A stretch of DNA of 58,911 nt from a virus. Where the stretch lies: positions 1 to 58,911 of the IMG/VR virus record IMGVR_UViG_3300026316_000001; one strand, given 5' to 3'. Positions 57,376 to 58,911 of this stretch are shown piece after piece (positions within the stretch are counted from its first letter, which is position 1; every line of letters starts with the position of its first letter). The notes under the pieces were generated by a model. The model was not told where the DNA came from and did not search any database. It saw only the letters and a program-made list of their open reading frames with translations. The position numbers were made by a program, and so were the translations under genes.

Positions 57376-57695
57376 AGCCGGTCGCCTACGTGCCCTCGCG
57401 GGCTTCAGCGCCCTACCCACATCCGCGTACCGCCAGGACTAGCTCCTCACCTGGCCTCCGACGCGCCACGCCTGCATTGCGTGGGTCGGTGGTCGGCGCC
57501 GTCGTCCCCGCAGAGCGGTTGCTTGGCGCCTAGCCTTCGTCGAGCACCGCCGGTATGGCTGACCCGACGTGGGTACCGCCGGAGGCTTGTCGCCCCCCTG
57601 TGCTCTCACCGGCCGCGAACCCGGCGTGAGTCCACGGTACCGCGTGGGTGTCCTGTTTACAACTCCCTCGTACGGCATGTCCCGTCCATCTGGAG

Positions 57696-58058
57696 CTACC
57701 GCCGCGACCGGCCCACGTGCTCCCGGTGCTCCCGCATCGTGGTCAGCCGGGCCTTGATCTCCCTGTCCTTGCGCTCCAGCGCCTCGCCGTGCCGCGCACA
57801 GTGCCACGTGCGACCGTTCGGCCCGTTGCGCACCCTCGTGGCCGGGCTCGGGTGGCCGGGCGGCCGGGGGTACGGCTCCTTCTCGTGCTCGATCAGCACC
57901 TCGACACAGGTCGAGCACGCCTGGTGTGTCTTGGCCCGGTACGGCGTCCAGGCCGCGTCGCCGCCGAAGATCTTGCGACGCGGCCACAGCATGTCGGGCT
58001 CCACAGGGGAAGGAATCCACGCCTCCTCCCCCGGCAGCGGCTCACTCTGAACCTTCAT
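57696..58058 (-). CDS. Hypothetical Cys/His-containing protein (120 aa)
   Basis: ATGA overlap with the exonuclease stop; HQACSTCVEVL...WHCARHGEAL. Confidence 0.55.
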   Translation of the reverse strand: MKVQSEPLPGEEAWIPSPVEPDMLWPRRKIFGGDAAWTPYRAKTHQACSTCVEVLIEHEKEPYPRPPGHPSPATRVRNGPNGRTWHCARHGEALERKDREIKARLTTMREHREHVGRSRR

Positions 58059-58606
58059 GCGATCAGCCCCAGCGCACGGGCGCGCACCACGTTGTGCCAG
58101 GCGTCGGCCAGCGCGTTGTGCACGCTGGCCGGCTGGTCGGGCAACCGTGGGTCACCCTGCCGGACAGCCTCTTGCTTCAGGTCGCAGGTGAACATCGGGA
58201 CGCCCTCGGGCAAGTCGATCATCGGCCCCCAGAGCTGGCAGAGCGCCACGTGGTCATAGGCGCCGTACCACGCCCACAGCTCTGGGTCAGGCCCGGTGGC
58301 CCCACCCAGGATGAAGTCACCAACCTCGTCGGCGATACGCCAGCGGGGCTTGACCGCCCGCCAGTCCGGGTGGTCGTAGTCCAGGTGCAGGTACCGGGAG
58401 TCGCCGGCCAGGTCGCCCCGGGAGCGCACGTACGGCAGCGAGGGCAGCACGTTCTCCACCAGCCACGGGTTTCCCAGCAGGGCCTGGTGGTCGAACTCCT
58501 CGCTGACCGCGTAGTACTCGCGGCCGTCGCTGGTGACCATGCCGATGGAGATCAGGTCGATGGTGGTGCCGTTCTCGATGAACTCGCAGTCGTAGAAGAT
58601 CTTCAT
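58055..58606 (-). CDS. DEDDh 3'-5' exonuclease (DnaQ/RNase T-like, 183 aa)
   Basis: MKIFYDCEFIENGTTIDLISIGMV (Exo I DxE), YGAYDHVAL (Exo II-like), VHNALADAWHN (Exo III H-x4-D). Confidence 0.75.
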   Translation of the reverse strand: MKIFYDCEFIENGTTIDLISIGMVTSDGREYYAVSEEFDHQALLGNPWLVENVLPSLPYVRSRGDLAGDSRYLHLDYDHPDWRAVKPRWRIADEVGDFILGGATGPDPELWAWYGAYDHVALCQLWGPMIDLPEGVPMFTCDLKQEAVRQGDPRLPDQPASVHNALADAWHNVVRARALGLIA

Positions 58607-58722
58607 CAGATCAGGTCCACGATCCAGTCCCAGCCCCACAGCAGCAGGGCCAGGACGATCACGAGACCACACACGAGGAGCACGAGACCCTGCGCGTAGT
58701 TCGGCTTGCGTTCTTCGCTCAT
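58606..58722 (-). CDS. Tiny single-TM protein (38 aa)
   Basis: ATGA overlaps at both ends; MSEERKPNYAQGLVLLVCGLVIVLALLLWGWDWIVDLI. Confidence 0.5.
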   Translation of the reverse strand: MSEERKPNYAQGLVLLVCGLVIVLALLLWGWDWIVDLI

Positions 58723-58911
58723 GATCCGCTCTCTGTCCTTTCGTCGGGTTCGGGCTGCGCCAGCAGGTTCTCGGCGACCACCAGGGCGGTCATCAACTTG
58801 CCGTCCGTGAACTCGCCGCCGGGCACCCACGGGTTCTCCCGTCGCGCGCTCGGGGTGGTGTGGATGCGGGCACGCAGCTCGCGGGCCAGCTCCTCCAGGG
58901 CGTACCGCAGG
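58719..58911 (-). CDS. 3' part of the junction-spanning small CDS (starts at 107 after circularisation)
   Basis: In frame with 1..107 through the 99-bp repeat; ...GEFTDGKLMTALVVAENLLAQPEPDERTESGS, TGA at 58721..58719. Confidence 0.6.
   Translation of the reverse strand, partial: LRYALEELARELRARIHTTPSARRENPWVPGGEFTDGKLMTALVVAENLLAQPEPDERTESGS
58813..58911. repeat. Right copy of the exact 99-bp terminal direct repeat
   Basis: Identical to 1-99. Confidence 0.95.

Noticed and set aside
57090-57450. tmRNA (one- or two-piece) spanning the two T-arm-like hairpins
   Set aside because: There is no GGGGCUGA-type 5' acceptor and no acceptor 3' strand ending in CCA. There is also no tag reading frame ending in ...ALAA-stop; the only short frame ends ...RVAT-TAA.

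Overview
This window is a high-GC dsDNA tailed-phage genome, siphovirus-like, from an actinobacterial-type host, and it appears complete. Bases 1-99 are repeated exactly at 58813-58911, giving a unit length of 58,812 bp, and a small gene reads across the junction. I call about 105 tightly packed CDSs, roughly 85-90% on the minus strand. Most are chained by ATGA, GTGA or TGATG start/stop overlaps. Reading the minus strand from high to low coordinates: (1) early and accessory genes at 58.7-47.1 kb, including a DEDDh exonuclease, HTH proteins, a MazG-like protein, a HAD-like nucleotidase and many Cys4 mini-proteins; (2) an 875-bp ORF-poor structured island with one tRNA-like gene; (3) a run of tiny membrane proteins at 47.1-43.4 kb; (4) the head module: large terminase, DUF1360-like protein, portal, MuF-like protein, a 1,631-aa protein with a Nudix box and an ART/PARP-like C-terminus, capsid protease, a fibre-like protein and the capsid gene; (5) connectors, chaperones, tape measure, Dit/Tal-like proteins and three paralogous tail-tip proteins; (6) endolysin plus membrane lysis proteins. 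A plus-strand block at 3.26-9.21 kb carries an HTH protein, a replication-initiator-like winged-helix protein, a G39P-like loader, an ERF annealase and a lipoprotein. Three small plus-strand inserts interrupt the minus-strand operons. I saw no integrase, repressor, DNA polymerase, rRNA or CRISPR array. The main observations are: a conserved start-associated motif (A/T)(C/T)(C/A)CACCTGGAGG at uncoupled gene starts; TTGAC(A/C) boxes embedded in inverted repeats; a regulatory module present at two separate loci; the Nudix/ART giant protein; and the aberrant tRNA-like locus. All functions are inferred by eye from motifs and gene order, and no searches were run.
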